From the NCBI GenBank assembly GCA_965230915.1, contig OZ246395.1, positions 339,535-403,534 of the forward strand: a DNA stretch of 64,000 nt, written 5' to 3'. Under the pieces are notes generated by a model. The model had not been told where the DNA came from, ran no database searches, and worked only from the letters and a program-made list of their open reading frames with translations. The translations under genes and the position numbers were made by a program. Origin of the DNA: an uncultured Candidatus Saccharibacteria bacterium (GTDB lineage: Bacteria > Patescibacteriota > WWE3 > 2-01-FULL-39-13). This document shows, piece by piece, positions 63,898-64,000 of this stretch; the first letter of the stretch is position 1; each line of letters begins with the position of its first letter.

Positions 63898-64000
63898 TAC
63901 TTTAGCAATAAAAACACAAGCATCTCGAGTGCTTTTTTTAATTCTTTACCCTTCCTCATAACCACGCTATATAATTAATGTATGCGCCGTTTTCCAACTA

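Noticed and set aside
63665-63961. Track ORF (98 aa, Q/K/E-rich, GTG start) overlapping the poly-Lys small ORF
   Set aside because: It starts inside the SD, runs through the terminator hairpin, and is an alternate-frame reading of an AAA/AAG-rich coding stretch. The +2 frame with a proper SD and stop before the terminator is far more plausible.
1-64000. Search for tRNA, rRNA, transposase, integrase or recombinase genes that would delimit mobile elements
   Set aside because: I found no tRNA-like T-arm motifs, no rRNA signature (e.g. GTGCCAGCAGCCGCGGTAA is absent), and no DDE/tyrosine-recombinase ORFs. Island boundaries therefore rest only on composition and the pepE fragment.

Overview
This is a gene-dense, low-GC (~33-36%) bacterial window on both strands. 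I found no rRNA or tRNA genes, no CRISPR array, and no recognisable transposase or integrase. The gene content (adjacent cohesin and dockerin proteins, two giant surface proteins of 2310 and 2446 aa, an RRM-type RNA-binding protein, many small hypothetical membrane proteins) suggests an uncultivated small-genome lineage such as CPR/Patescibacteria. That assignment is inference, not a database result.

What can be supported from sequence:
- 128-4568: a copper-homeostasis operon, csoR-copZ-DUF305-copA, followed by an unusual HMA-domain fusion to a CcdA-like membrane protein.
- 5.5-15 kb: assorted genes including a secreted NHL-repeat protein, TspO, a DipZ-like CcdA+thioredoxin protein, tsaC and a DHFR-like protein.
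- 15009-22548 (minus strand): a membrane-anchored cohesin-domain protein next to a 2310-aa secreted protein with a beta-helix, about eleven tandem ~105-aa Ig/Calx-like repeats and a C-terminal dockerin.
- 23130-26264: a MacA/MacB-type tripartite ABC efflux operon.
- 26310-29063: a compact putative anti-phage locus. It has an AAA_21 ATPase plus a small RloB/DUF4276-like protein (AbiL / PD-T4-4-type pair) and a divergently transcribed Mrr-like PD-(D/E)xK nuclease-domain protein. A degraded duplicate of the 3' end of the nearby peptidase-S51 gene abuts it.
- 32573-34297: an OmpR/HisKA two-component system.
- 34.3-38.2 kb: a GC-elevated block with two unknown ORFs that sit behind near-consensus sigma70 promoters.
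- 39300-49203 (minus strand): a second MacB-type ABC ATPase+permease directly upstream of a 2446-aa surface protein with three Gly-rich ~330-aa units and many fibronectin-III domains.
- 49.3-49.9 kb and 60.4-61.1 kb: two GC-rich regions with no ORF of 60 aa or more, each ended by a strong minus-strand intrinsic terminator. I treat them as candidate structured ncRNAs.
- 51058-53864: an FMN-binding/ApbE/membrane FNR-like flavoprotein module.
- 54-64 kb: GIY-YIG, NAD kinase, typA, thpR and stress-type small proteins.
- 63697-63825: a 42-aa lysine/arginine-repeat protein with a perfect Shine-Dalgarno that the ORF track missed.

Coordinates of CDSs follow the supplied ORF track; start codons I adjusted are noted. 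Coordinates of motifs counted by hand may be off by 1-2 nt.
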